A stretch of 64,000 nt of DNA from Bacteroidia bacterium (GTDB taxonomy: Bacteria > Bacteroidota > Bacteroidia > B-17B0 > Aurantibacillaceae), in assembly GCA_026003255.1 (NCBI GenBank), contig BPGX01000008.1, positions 5,266 to 69,265 on the forward strand, given 5' to 3'. Each line of letters starts with the position of its first letter. The stretch's first letter is position 1. Under the pieces are notes generated by a model. The model searched no databases. It was not told where the DNA came from and saw nothing but the letters and a program-made list of their open reading frames with translations. A program made the translations under genes and the position numbers. This document shows, piece by piece, positions 30,063-39,282 of this stretch.

Positions 30063-30695
30063 CTAAAAAGTGGCTAAGTATTCAGCTGTGCCTTCATGAG
30101 TTGGCTTCATGGCTTTTTTACCTTCTGTCCAATTGGCAGGACAAACTTCACCATGCTTTTCAACAAACTGTAACGCTTCCAAAGTTCTTAATGTTTCATC
30201 AATATTTCTACCAATTGGTAAATCATTAATTAATAAATGTCTTACAATTCCATTTTTATCAATCAAATACGTAGCACGATAAGCAATCATCTCGGATGTA
30301 GCCACAAAATTTTCGTTTTCATCAATGTAATACTCTCCATTTAAACAGCCAAAATTAGCGGCAATTGTTTTATTAGTATCTGCTACTATAGGATAAGTAA
30401 TCCCCTTAATACCGCCTTGTTTCTTTTCCATTTGCAACCAGCCCCAGTGACTTTGTTCAGTATCTGTGCTACATGCTACTACTTCACAATCTCTTTTTCT
30501 AAACTCTTCTAATTTCTCCTGAAATGCCCACAACTCAGTAGGACAAACAAAAGTGAAATCTTTTGGATAAAAGAAAAATACAACATACTTTTTACCAAGA
30601 TACTGATCTAATGAAAAATCATTAACAATGTCTTTGCCATTAATTACTGCTGCTGCTTTGAATGACGGTGCTTTTTTTCCAATAATAGTTGTCAT
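30063..30695 (-). CDS. typical 2-Cys peroxiredoxin (AhpC/Prx1 subfamily)
   Basis: 210 aa. The peroxidatic motif FTFVCPTE and the resolving Cys in VCPANW are both present. Confidence 0.85.
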   Translation of the reverse strand: MTTIIGKKAPSFKAAAVINGKDIVNDFSLDQYLGKKYVVFFFYPKDFTFVCPTELWAFQEKLEEFRKRDCEVVACSTDTEQSHWGWLQMEKKQGGIKGITYPIVADTNKTIAANFGCLNGEYYIDENENFVATSEMIAYRATYLIDKNGIVRHLLINDLPIGRNIDETLRTLEALQFVEKHGEVCPANWTEGKKAMKPTHEGTAEYLATF

Positions 30696-30720
30696 AGTTT
30701 TTAAATTTTAATTTGTGCAA

Positions 30721-30728
30721 CAAAGTTA
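30721..30728 (-). promoter_or_regulatory. Bacteroidetes -7 box (TAACTTTG on the minus strand)
   Basis: Matches TAnnTTTG, 25 bp upstream of the peroxiredoxin start. Confidence 0.35.
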
Positions 30729-30801
30729 CTTCATTTAATGACTATTCACACAAAAAATTTTTTCTATTCAACTATAAATTTTATCTATGTTTAATAATCC
30801 T

Positions 30802-30809
30802 TAATTTTG
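30802..30809 (+). promoter_or_regulatory. Bacteroidetes -7 box TAATTTTG (a second copy lies at 30815..30822)
   Basis: Matches TAnnTTTG, 17 bp upstream of the ATG at 30827. Confidence 0.35.
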
Positions 30810-30826
30810 CAAAATAATTTTGAATC

Positions 30827-31747
30827 ATGAAAAAAGTAAGGATTGTACTTTACAGCATTACTTTTTTAGTTTTTGTTTCCTGTACTATTCAAAAAAGATT
30901 GTATAGAAATGGTTATTACATAGAGGGACTAAAAAACAAGAAAAAACACACTGAATTATACACAAACGTTTCTCCTCTTTCAATTCATCATTGGAAAAAA
31001 AATATTGAACAAAATACTATAGCATCAAATTCAAATCATTTATTCCACTTTAAAAAACAACTAAAGACATCTGACGATCCCTGTGCCGATACACTCATTT
31101 TCAAATCTGGAGAAATTCTGGTTGTAAAAATTTTAGAAATTTCTGAAACAACTATCAAATATAAAAAATGTGATTACTTAAATGGACCAACCTACTCTAT
31201 TTCAAAAAATAAAATTTATCTCATCAAATATGGCAATGGAACGCAAGAACACATCTTACCAGATTCAGAAACAAACTTAGATGAAAAGGATGAAAAAATA
31301 AATGATGAAGAACCAAATTTTGATTATGGGTATAATAAAAAACATGAACCAAGCATACCTCCAGGTAATAGACGAACTCATCCCGATGCATTAATTTCCA
31401 TATTTTCTCTTTTAGGAGGATTTGCAATATTATTCTCAGAAATTACAATAGGTTTTATTTTTGGAAATGTCCTGCTAGTTGTTGCATTGTTTTCAGCAAG
31501 ACACGCCGTACGTGAAAGCGTACTTCATCCTGAATTATATAAAGGACAAGGTTTTGCTCGTGCTATGATGTACATTAATTTAATTGTATGGACATTACTT
31601 TTCGTGATATCGCTGGCTGCACTACAATATATCCCGGCTAATATCCCAAATTATTCATTAATATTTAATTTAATGATTGGTTACATCATCTTCCAGTTAA
31701 TTGTCTTGCTTATATTTTTCATTACCTCCAAAAAAATAGATTTTTAG
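30827..31747 (+). CDS. hypothetical lipoprotein-like protein with C-terminal multi-TM region
   Basis: 306 aa. It has a lipobox-like VFVSC signal, an acidic linker, and 3-4 C-terminal hydrophobic helices. Confidence 0.45.
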   Translation: MKKVRIVLYSITFLVFVSCTIQKRLYRNGYYIEGLKNKKKHTELYTNVSPLSIHHWKKNIEQNTIASNSNHLFHFKKQLKTSDDPCADTLIFKSGEILVVKILEISETTIKYKKCDYLNGPTYSISKNKIYLIKYGNGTQEHILPDSETNLDEKDEKINDEEPNFDYGYNKKHEPSIPPGNRRTHPDALISIFSLLGGFAILFSEITIGFIFGNVLLVVALFSARHAVRESVLHPELYKGQGFARAMMYINLIVWTLLFVISLAALQYIPANIPNYSLIFNLMIGYIIFQLIVLLIFFITSKKIDF

Positions 31748-31809
31748 AAATCATAAAACCTGCTCTCTAAATTTTGTTAAGCAACTTGCTTGTCAAACTA
31801 TTTTGGAAT

Positions 31810-31817
31810 TAAATTTG
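31810..31817 (+). promoter_or_regulatory. Bacteroidetes -7 box TAAATTTG
   Basis: Matches TAnnTTTG, 29 bp upstream of the ATG at 31847. It lies inside the longer ORF-track prediction, which supports the internal start. Confidence 0.35.
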
Positions 31818-31846
31818 TTTGCAACTTTTACAAAAATTCAAAAACT

Positions 31847-33316
31847 ATGAAAAAAGTAATATCTTATATCTTTACAGGAATAATTGGTGGACTTACTTTC
31901 TGGACAGTTAATTATTTTATTTCCAGTCAACAACATATTTCTAATTTAAGCTCAACTAATACTCAAAATCCTATTCATAAAGTAAATTACGCATCTCATA
32001 ACCTTAGTCTACTTAATAATGATTTTTCCACCGCGGTTGAAAAAAGCATCAATGCAGTAGTACATATCCGAACAATTACTGAAAAAACAAACATTCTTTA
32101 CAACCCCTTTTCAAGCTGGTTTTTCGGCACACAACCTCAAGTACAACCATATATTCAGGAAGGAAGCGGATCTGGTGTAATTATTTCTGACAATGGATAT
32201 ATAGTTACCAATAATCACGTTATCAAAAACGCTGACAAAATAGAAGTTACACTCAATGATAAGAGAAAATATACTGCTCAGTTAATCGGCACTGACCCTT
32301 CTACAGATCTTGCTGTATTAAAAATTGATGAGAAAAATCTACCCTATATCATCTTTGGTAATAGTGATGAAATAAAAATTGGTGAATGGGTATTAGCCGT
32401 TGGTAATCCTTTTAACCTCTACTCTACTGTTACCGCCGGAATCATAAGTGCAAAAGGTAGAAATATCCACGTCATTGAAAACAATCCAGAAAATGGCAAT
32501 TTCCCAATCGAATCATTTATACAAACCGATGCTGCTGTAAATCCCGGTAACAGCGGCGGTGCACTCGTCAATATAAATGGCGAACTCATTGGAATCAATA
32601 CCGCCATTGCTTCAAATAATGGCGCCTACCAAGGATATGCCTTTGCCATTCCAGTAAATGTAGTAAAAAAAGTAGTGTCTGATATTATTGAATTTGGCAC
32701 TGTTCAAAGAGCATATTTAGGCGTTTCTATCACTGATATTGACGCCAATTTTGCCGAAGAAAAAAAATTAGAAACATTAAATGGAATTTATGTACACGAT
32801 GTACTACCAGGTGGTGCAGCCGATGAAGCAGGCATCTTACCAAATGATATAATTATAAAAATAAACGAAATTAATGTCAACAAGGTGTCCGAATTTCAGG
32901 AACAATTGAGCAAATATAGACCCGGTGATAAGGTAAAAATTACAGTATTAAGAAAAAATAAAACACTAAACTTTGATGTAACTCTAAAAAATAAAAAAAA
33001 CCAAATTACGCTTCTTAAAAAAGAATCTACAAATACTTTTTCTCTATCTAAATTAGGAGCATCATTTGAAGAAATTTCTTCAGAAGAAGCAAAAAAATTA
33101 GGCATTGATGGCGGTGTAAAAATTGTGAATCTTGAACAAGGTAAACTTATGGCCGTAGGTGTAAGAAAAAATTTTATTATCACCTCCATTAATAAGAAAA
33201 AAGTAACTTCCGTTAATGACCTCAAAGATATTCTGGAAAAAAATGATAACGGTGTAGTTTTAATAGAAGGTCTTTATCCTAATGGAATCAGAGCTTATTA
33301 TGGTTTTAATCTGTAA
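31847..33316 (+). CDS. htrA: periplasmic serine endoprotease, DegP/HtrA (Do) family, two PDZ domains
   Basis: The catalytic triad context is TNNHV, DLAVLK and GNSGGALVN. Two PDZ-like regions are present. The start is at MKKVISYIF with a signal/TM segment. Confidence 0.85.
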   Translation: MKKVISYIFTGIIGGLTFWTVNYFISSQQHISNLSSTNTQNPIHKVNYASHNLSLLNNDFSTAVEKSINAVVHIRTITEKTNILYNPFSSWFFGTQPQVQPYIQEGSGSGVIISDNGYIVTNNHVIKNADKIEVTLNDKRKYTAQLIGTDPSTDLAVLKIDEKNLPYIIFGNSDEIKIGEWVLAVGNPFNLYSTVTAGIISAKGRNIHVIENNPENGNFPIESFIQTDAAVNPGNSGGALVNINGELIGINTAIASNNGAYQGYAFAIPVNVVKKVVSDIIEFGTVQRAYLGVSITDIDANFAEEKKLETLNGIYVHDVLPGGAADEAGILPNDIIIKINEINVNKVSEFQEQLSKYRPGDKVKITVLRKNKTLNFDVTLKNKKNQITLLKKESTNTFSLSKLGASFEEISSEEAKKLGIDGGVKIVNLEQGKLMAVGVRKNFIITSINKKKVTSVNDLKDILEKNDNGVVLIEGLYPNGIRAYYGFNL

Positions 33317-33317
33317 C

Positions 33318-35195
33318 TTAGACAATAAACAAAGGAACATTTATTCGATGTCTCACTTCATCAATGGTTGTACCTAATAAAAAGTCCTTAAAGCTTTTAT
33401 GCCCGTGAGAACCCATAATTAAAATATCAACATTTTCTTTACTAACAATTTCAGGTATTTTAATTTTCGGATTACCGAAATCTAATCTATATTCACATTG
33501 AATACCTTTGTTCCTTAATGTGTTACAATAATTTTCCAAATACTTCCTATCAGACATTAATTCTGCGCTTTCAGTTTGATATTGGTAAACAAGTGCACCT
33601 ACATTATCAATAATGTGAATTAGCATAATAAGTGTATTTTCATTAGCCAGCTGTAATGCATAATTAATTGCTTTATTATCAGAAGACGAAAAGTCCACAC
33701 TTACTGCAATCTTTGAAAACGATGTCTTTTTCTTTTCTACAACTATATCTGAAAAGTTCCCATGAATAGATCGCACTTCTTGTTTGTAAGAATACAATAA
33801 AGGTACAACAATTACATATATTAAAAGTGCAAGACACAAGAAAATAATAGGAATAAATATCATACCATACAAAAATGGATTGTTGGAATTCATCAAATAA
33901 CCAGACACTTCATTAAATACCATTTTCAAATTTAAAACAAGCAGAATACCCACAGCAACCCATGACAAAAGTTTTTGCCAACGTGGTATAGTATATTCTC
34001 CCATTAAATTTTTATTGCTGACAAAATGAATAAGTGGAATAATTGCAAAACCCAATTGCAAACTCAAAACTACCTGACTTAATATCAATAAATTAGAAAC
34101 TTTTTCTTCTCCTAAAAAAATGACCGTCAAACCAGCTGGAACGATGGCTAATAAACGGGTAACAATTCTACGCACAACTGGGTTTAATCTTAGATTTAAA
34201 TATCCCTCCATTATTATCTGACCAGCCAGAGTGCCCGTAATAGTTGAACTTTGACCTGCTGCTATCAAAGCAATTGCAAATAAAACAGGCGCTAATTGAT
34301 TACCAAGGATGTTTTCTAATAAACGATGTGCCTGCTGTATTTCACTAACATTGTAGTAATTATTCTTAAAAAAAACAGTTGCTGCTACAATCAATATAGA
34401 AGCATTCACCAAAAATGCGATATTTAATGCTAACGCGCTATCTATTAAATTATACTTTATAGCAGACCATATTCCATTTCTATCTCGTTGGATTTTCCGT
34501 GTTTGAACTAATGAACTATGCAAATACAAATTATGTGGCATTACCGTTGCACCTATAATACCTATTGCAATGTATAAAGCGTCTTCATTTACAAGTGTTG
34601 GAATAAATCCCTTACTAATCTGTTCCACATCTGGCTTGATAATCCATATTTCCAATAAAAAACAAAGTCCAATAATCCCTACTAATGATAAAATAAACGC
34701 TTCCAATTTCCTAACACCACGATTCATTAAAAATAACAAAATAAAACTATCTAACATCGTGATTAAAATGCCATTTAATAACGAAATGGAAGGAAAAAGT
34801 AAATTTATACCTATCGCCATTCCTATTACTTCTGCCAGATCACATGCAATAATGGCAATTTCAGCAAGAATGTAAAGCAAAAAATTAGGTAGTGCCGGAA
34901 AAAAAACTCTGTTTGCCTGCGCTAAATCTAAACCAGTTACAATACCTAATCTGGCACTATGGCTTTGTAATAAAATGGCCATCAAATTACTCATCAATAA
35001 CACCCATAACAATGAATAACCGAAACTGCTTCCACCCGCAATATCCGTAGCCCAATTACCCGGATCCATATAACCTACACTAATCAAGAAAGCAGGGCCA
35101 GTAAACGCTAAAAACCTACGAAAAGGATGCTTATATTCTGTAGAAACCGTTGCATTAATTTCATCTAATGACTTTAAATTTCTTTTTTCAGACAT
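33318..35195 (-). CDS. mntH: Nramp-family divalent metal (Mn2+/Fe2+) transporter fused to a C-terminal universal stress protein (USP) domain
   Basis: 625 aa. It has the Nramp motifs GPAFLISVGYMDPGNWATD and MPHNLYLHS. The last ~140 aa (KIAVSVDFS...ILIMGSHGH...VPLFIV) are USP-like. Confidence 0.8.
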   Translation of the reverse strand: MSEKRNLKSLDEINATVSTEYKHPFRRFLAFTGPAFLISVGYMDPGNWATDIAGGSSFGYSLLWVLLMSNLMAILLQSHSARLGIVTGLDLAQANRVFFPALPNFLLYILAEIAIIACDLAEVIGMAIGINLLFPSISLLNGILITMLDSFILLFLMNRGVRKLEAFILSLVGIIGLCFLLEIWIIKPDVEQISKGFIPTLVNEDALYIAIGIIGATVMPHNLYLHSSLVQTRKIQRDRNGIWSAIKYNLIDSALALNIAFLVNASILIVAATVFFKNNYYNVSEIQQAHRLLENILGNQLAPVLFAIALIAAGQSSTITGTLAGQIIMEGYLNLRLNPVVRRIVTRLLAIVPAGLTVIFLGEEKVSNLLILSQVVLSLQLGFAIIPLIHFVSNKNLMGEYTIPRWQKLLSWVAVGILLVLNLKMVFNEVSGYLMNSNNPFLYGMIFIPIIFLCLALLIYVIVVPLLYSYKQEVRSIHGNFSDIVVEKKKTSFSKIAVSVDFSSSDNKAINYALQLANENTLIMLIHIIDNVGALVYQYQTESAELMSDRKYLENYCNTLRNKGIQCEYRLDFGNPKIKIPEIVSKENVDILIMGSHGHKSFKDFLLGTTIDEVRHRINVPLFIV

Positions 35196-35210
35196 AATTT
35201 AATTTGCTCA

Positions 35211-35218
35211 CAAATATA
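35211..35218 (-). promoter_or_regulatory. Bacteroidetes -7 box (TATATTTG on the minus strand)
   Basis: Matches TAnnTTTG, 15 bp upstream of the mntH start. Confidence 0.4.
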
Positions 35219-35285
35219 CATAATTAAACCTATCTAAAATAATTTTTAGACAAACCTAAAATTTTTATTAGACAAATTGAAAATA

Positions 35286-35888
35286 CTAAATATTAACAGG
35301 CACTCTATTTTCTATTGATCTACTTAAAGTTAATTCATCTGCATAATTTAAATCTTCGCCAACAGAGATGCCTTTTGCTAATGTGGTAATTTTTATATCG
35401 CTTACTAAACGAATTTTTTTTGTCAAATAAAATCCTGTGGACTCACCATCCGGCGTAGCATTCAAAGCTAATATCACTTCATCCACTGGATGTTCTTTTA
35501 AGCGAATAATCAAACTTTCAATATTTAACTGCGATGGACCAATTCCATTTATTGGAGAAATTAATCCACCTAACACATGATATACCCCATTATAAGTATT
35601 CGTGTTTTCTATTGCCAGAACATCCGAATAATCTTCTACAACACAAATAATTTGATGATTTCTTCCACTATTAGCACATATATTACAGATATTGTTATCA
35701 TCAATATTTCCACAAACACTACACTTCTTCAACTTTTGCTTAGCATCGATTAAACTTTGTGCTAATTGATAAGCATACATCTCATCTTTTCGTATAATTT
35801 CAAGAACCAGCCGTAAAGCTGTTTTTTTTCCAATACCTGACAACTCAGATAACAAATCTATCAATTTTTCTATGATTCTTTCTTCCAT
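35286..35888 (-). CDS. recR: recombination protein RecR
   Basis: 200 aa. It has an HhH N-terminus (LPGIGKKTA-like SGIGKKTALRL), a C4 zinc finger (CSVCGN...CNIC) and a Toprim domain. Confidence 0.9.
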   Translation of the reverse strand: MEERIIEKLIDLLSELSGIGKKTALRLVLEIIRKDEMYAYQLAQSLIDAKQKLKKCSVCGNIDDNNICNICANSGRNHQIICVVEDYSDVLAIENTNTYNGVYHVLGGLISPINGIGPSQLNIESLIIRLKEHPVDEVILALNATPDGESTGFYLTKKIRLVSDIKITTLAKGISVGEDLNYADELTLSRSIENRVPVNI

Positions 35889-35957
35889 AGCAATATGCCC
35901 CGTAAATTTACAATATTATTCTCTTCTCATGATGATATATCGTAAATAAAAATTCAG

Positions 35958-35965
35958 TATGTTTG
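35958..35965 (+). promoter_or_regulatory. Bacteroidetes -7 box TATGTTTG
   Basis: Matches TAnnTTTG, 10 bp upstream of the rfbB ATG. Confidence 0.35.
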
Positions 35966-35975
35966 CTCAAAAAAA

Positions 35976-37013
35976 ATGAAAATCATTATTACTGGCGGTG
36001 CTGGTTTTATTGGCACTCATGTTGTGAAGTTGTTTGTAAAAAAATATCCCAATTATTCAATTTACAATTTAGATGCGCTCACGTATGCTGGTAATCTTGA
36101 AAACTTAAAAGACATAGAAACCTACCCTAATTATCATTTCATCAAAGCCGATATTACAGACGAACAACACATTAATTCTTTATTTCAAGAAATTCAACCA
36201 AATGCAGTGATTCACCTGGCAGCCGAAAGTCACGTAGACCGAAGCATCATGAACCCTAATCAATTTGTTATTACAAACGTATTAGGTACTATTCATCTTT
36301 TAAATGCTTCCAGAAAATTAAACGATTTTCAGGTATTTTATCACATAAGCACTGACGAAGTGTATGGTTCACTTGGTGAAACCGGCTACTTTACCGAAAA
36401 AACACCTTACGATCCCCGTAGCCCATACAGTGCCTCCAAAGCATCATCCGATCATTTTGTAAGATCATATTATCACACTTACCATCTGCCAATAAAAATT
36501 TCAAACTGTTCTAATAATTATGGTCCATATCAATTCCCTGAAAAGCTTATACCACTCTGTATAAATAACATATTGAATGAAAAACCGCTTCCTATTTATG
36601 GAAAAGGAGAAAATGTCAGAGATTGGCTATTTGTAGAAGACCACTCAAGAGCAATAGATTTAATCTTTCATAAAGGAAAAATTGGCGAAACCTACAACAT
36701 TGGCGGAAACAGCGAAAAGAAAAACATTGAAGTCGTGCAAACACTCTGTAAAATCATGAACAAAAAGATGAACAAACCGGAAGGTTATTATGAAAAACTC
36801 ATCACTTTTGTAAAAGACAGAGCTGGGCATGATTTAAGATACGCCATTGATTTTACTAAACTAAAAACAGAACTTAACTGGACACCTTCTGTTTCTTTTG
36901 AAGAAGGCATTGAAAAAACAATTGATTGGTATTTGAACAATTCCGATTGGCTCAAAAGTGTTACATCCGGAAACTATCAAAAATACTACGAAGAACAATA
37001 CATCAAAAGATAG
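35976..37013 (+). CDS. rfbB: dTDP-glucose 4,6-dehydratase
   Basis: 345 aa. It has ITGGAGFIG, the DALTYAGN motif, ISTDEVYG and YSASKASSD (YxxxK). Confidence 0.85.
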   Translation: MKIIITGGAGFIGTHVVKLFVKKYPNYSIYNLDALTYAGNLENLKDIETYPNYHFIKADITDEQHINSLFQEIQPNAVIHLAAESHVDRSIMNPNQFVITNVLGTIHLLNASRKLNDFQVFYHISTDEVYGSLGETGYFTEKTPYDPRSPYSASKASSDHFVRSYYHTYHLPIKISNCSNNYGPYQFPEKLIPLCINNILNEKPLPIYGKGENVRDWLFVEDHSRAIDLIFHKGKIGETYNIGGNSEKKNIEVVQTLCKIMNKKMNKPEGYYEKLITFVKDRAGHDLRYAIDFTKLKTELNWTPSVSFEEGIEKTIDWYLNNSDWLKSVTSGNYQKYYEEQYIKR

Positions 37014-37027
37014 TTTTATTGGTCATT

Positions 37028-38002
37028 ATGAAATTATCGGACTATAATTATTTAATTACCGGTGGCGCTGGTTTTATTGGTTCACACTTAACCGAGTATT
37101 TAGTTCACCAAAACTGCAAAGTCATTATTATTGACAATCTTTCAACTGGATCACTTGAAAACATTAGACATCTCAAAAGTGTCGAATTTATTCAAAGTGA
37201 TATAAACGACATTAAAACATTAAACAAAGTTTTACCTAAAGTTGATTTTATTTTTCACCTTGCGGCACTTGGATCGGTCAACAGAAGCGTTGAAAATCCT
37301 TTGAATACACATTTAGCCAATTCAACAGGTTTTTTAAGTATATTACAAACGGCAAAAGAACATCACCTCAAAGGTATTATTTATGCATCTTCCTCTTCTG
37401 TTTATGGTGATGATACGCATCTTCCAAAAGTAGAAGATAAAACCGGTAAACCACTTTCACCCTATGCTGTTACCAAAATTACAAACGAATTATACGCGAA
37501 TGTTTTTTGGAAACTATTTCAATTGCCAATTATTGGGTTGAGATATTTCAATGTTTTTGGACCACGACAAAATCCTCATGGACCTTATGCTGCCGCTATC
37601 CCAATTTTCATTCAAAAAATGATGAACAACGAAAGTATTTACATTCATGGTACTGGAAATCAAAAAAGAGATTTCACTTATGTAGAAAATGTAGTAGAAG
37701 CCAATATCAAAGCATTAGAAGCCATCCTGCAAAATAAACAAGAAGCGTTTGGAGAAGTTTTTAATGTCGGATGTCAGCAAAACATCAGTATCAACAAAGT
37801 ATTTCAGATTTTATCTAAAAAATTGAATTATACTCAATCGCCCATTTACACTGAATCGAGAAAAGGCGATATTTTTGAGTCATTAGCCGATATTTCCAAA
37901 GCAAAAAAATTATTAAACTATCAGCCCAAAGTTTTTTTTGAAGAAGGCATTGATAAAACTTTACAATTCTATCTTAATAAAACATCAACGACAAAAAACT
38001 AA
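37028..38002 (+). CDS. NAD-dependent sugar-nucleotide 4-epimerase, WbpP/TviC-like (extended SDR)
   Basis: It has [18 protein letters not shown] and SSSSVYGD...[16 protein letters not shown] chose the start ATG at 37028; the ORF-track start at 36926 overlaps rfbB. Confidence 0.75.
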   Translation: MKLSDYNYLITGGAGFIGSHLTEYLVHQNCKVIIIDNLSTGSLENIRHLKSVEFIQSDINDIKTLNKVLPKVDFIFHLAALGSVNRSVENPLNTHLANSTGFLSILQTAKEHHLKGIIYASSSSVYGDDTHLPKVEDKTGKPLSPYAVTKITNELYANVFWKLFQLPIIGLRYFNVFGPRQNPHGPYAAAIPIFIQKMMNNESIYIHGTGNQKRDFTYVENVVEANIKALEAILQNKQEAFGEVFNVGCQQNISINKVFQILSKKLNYTQSPIYTESRKGDIFESLADISKAKKLLNYQPKVFFEEGIDKTLQFYLNKTSTTKN

Positions 38003-38007
38003 AAACT

Positions 38008-39198
38008 ATGTATAGTGCCTTTCAACAACATCTTCAAAGACAATTAAAAGAAATTGAAGAAAGCGGATTATTTAAAAGAGAACGAATTATTGCTTCTGAA
38101 CAAGGCGCAGTTGTAAAATTAGCAGATGGGAAAGAAGTAATAATCTTTTGTGCGAATAACTATCTTGGTTTATCTTCACATCCTAAAGTCAAAGAAGCAG
38201 CCAGAAAAACATTGGAAACACGGGGCTATGGCATGAGCAGTGTACGATTTATTTGTGGAACACAGGACATTCACAAAGAGTTAGAAAGAAAAATTGCTGA
38301 ATTTCTTGGAACGGAAGATACTATTCTCTACGCTGCTTGTTTTGATGCCAATGGTGGTGTTTTCGAACCGCTCTTTACTGAAGAAGATGCTATTATTTCA
38401 GACGAATTAAACCATGCGTCCATCATTGATGGGGTAAGATTATGCAAAGCGCAAAGATATCGTTATAAGAACTGCGACATGAATGACTTAGAAGAACAAT
38501 TAAAGAAAGCGCAGGCACAACGTTTTCGAATTATTGTTACAGATGGGGTTTTCAGCATGGATGGTTATGTAGCTCCATTAGATAAAATCTGTGATTTAGC
38601 CGAAAAATACAATGCTTTAGTGATGGTAGATGAAAGTCATGCTACGGGCTTCATCGGAAAGACCGGGCGTGGTACAATTGAATTAAAAAATGTAATGGGA
38701 CGTGTTGATATTATTACCGGCACATTAGGAAAAGCATTGGGTGGTGCGATGGGAGGATTTACAACAGGAAGGAAAGAAATTATTGAAATGCTCAGACAAC
38801 GCTCCAGACCTTATTTGTTTAGCAACTCCTTGGCACCACATATTGTGGGGGCATCTATTGCTGTGTTTGATTTATTAAGTGAAACCACTGAGTTAAGAGA
38901 TAAACTAGAATGGAATGTCAATTATTTTAAAAAAGGTATTAAATCGATTGGATTAGAAATTAAAGATGGTGAGAGTGCCATTGTTCCCGTTATGCTGTAC
39001 GACGCAAAGTTATCTCAAATATTTGCAGATAAGTTGTTAGAAGAAGGCATTTATGTGATTGGATTCTTTTATCCTGTGGTTCCAAAAGGACAAGCACGAA
39101 TCAGAGTGCAACTTTCTGCCGCACATGAAAAAGAACATTTAGATAAAGCTATTGCTGCCTTTGAAAAGGTGGGCAAAGAATTAGGTGTTATTAAGTAA
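38008..39198 (+). CDS. kbl: glycine C-acetyltransferase (2-amino-3-ketobutyrate CoA ligase)
   Basis: 396 aa, class-II aminotransferase family. It has the FCANNYLGL and DESHATGF motifs and GTLGKALGG with the PLP lysine. Confidence 0.85.
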   Translation: MYSAFQQHLQRQLKEIEESGLFKRERIIASEQGAVVKLADGKEVIIFCANNYLGLSSHPKVKEAARKTLETRGYGMSSVRFICGTQDIHKELERKIAEFLGTEDTILYAACFDANGGVFEPLFTEEDAIISDELNHASIIDGVRLCKAQRYRYKNCDMNDLEEQLKKAQAQRFRIIVTDGVFSMDGYVAPLDKICDLAEKYNALVMVDESHATGFIGKTGRGTIELKNVMGRVDIITGTLGKALGGAMGGFTTGRKEIIEMLRQRSRPYLFSNSLAPHIVGASIAVFDLLSETTELRDKLEWNVNYFKKGIKSIGLEIKDGESAIVPVMLYDAKLSQIFADKLLEEGIYVIGFFYPVVPKGQARIRVQLSAAHEKEHLDKAIAAFEKVGKELGVIK

Positions 39199-39282
39199 CT
39201 TAGAATTCGTTCTTCAATTATCTTCTCGCATCTTTGATATTTTCAAAAGAACTACTGAAAAGCTAAGTTAGTTTTTTATTTC
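38775..39282 (+). repeat. left copy of the 508-bp direct repeat flanking the IS (kbl 3' 424 nt + 84 bp downstream)
   Basis: Identical to 40881..41388 in all stretches I compared. It abuts the IS terminus at 39283. Confidence 0.85.

Noticed and set aside
36926-37027. Upstream extension of the WbpP-like epimerase ORF overlapping rfbB by 88 nt
   Set aside because: The extension encodes a non-conserved basic peptide. The Rossmann motif [12 protein letters not shown] should be within ~10 residues of the N-terminus, which fits the ATG at 37028.
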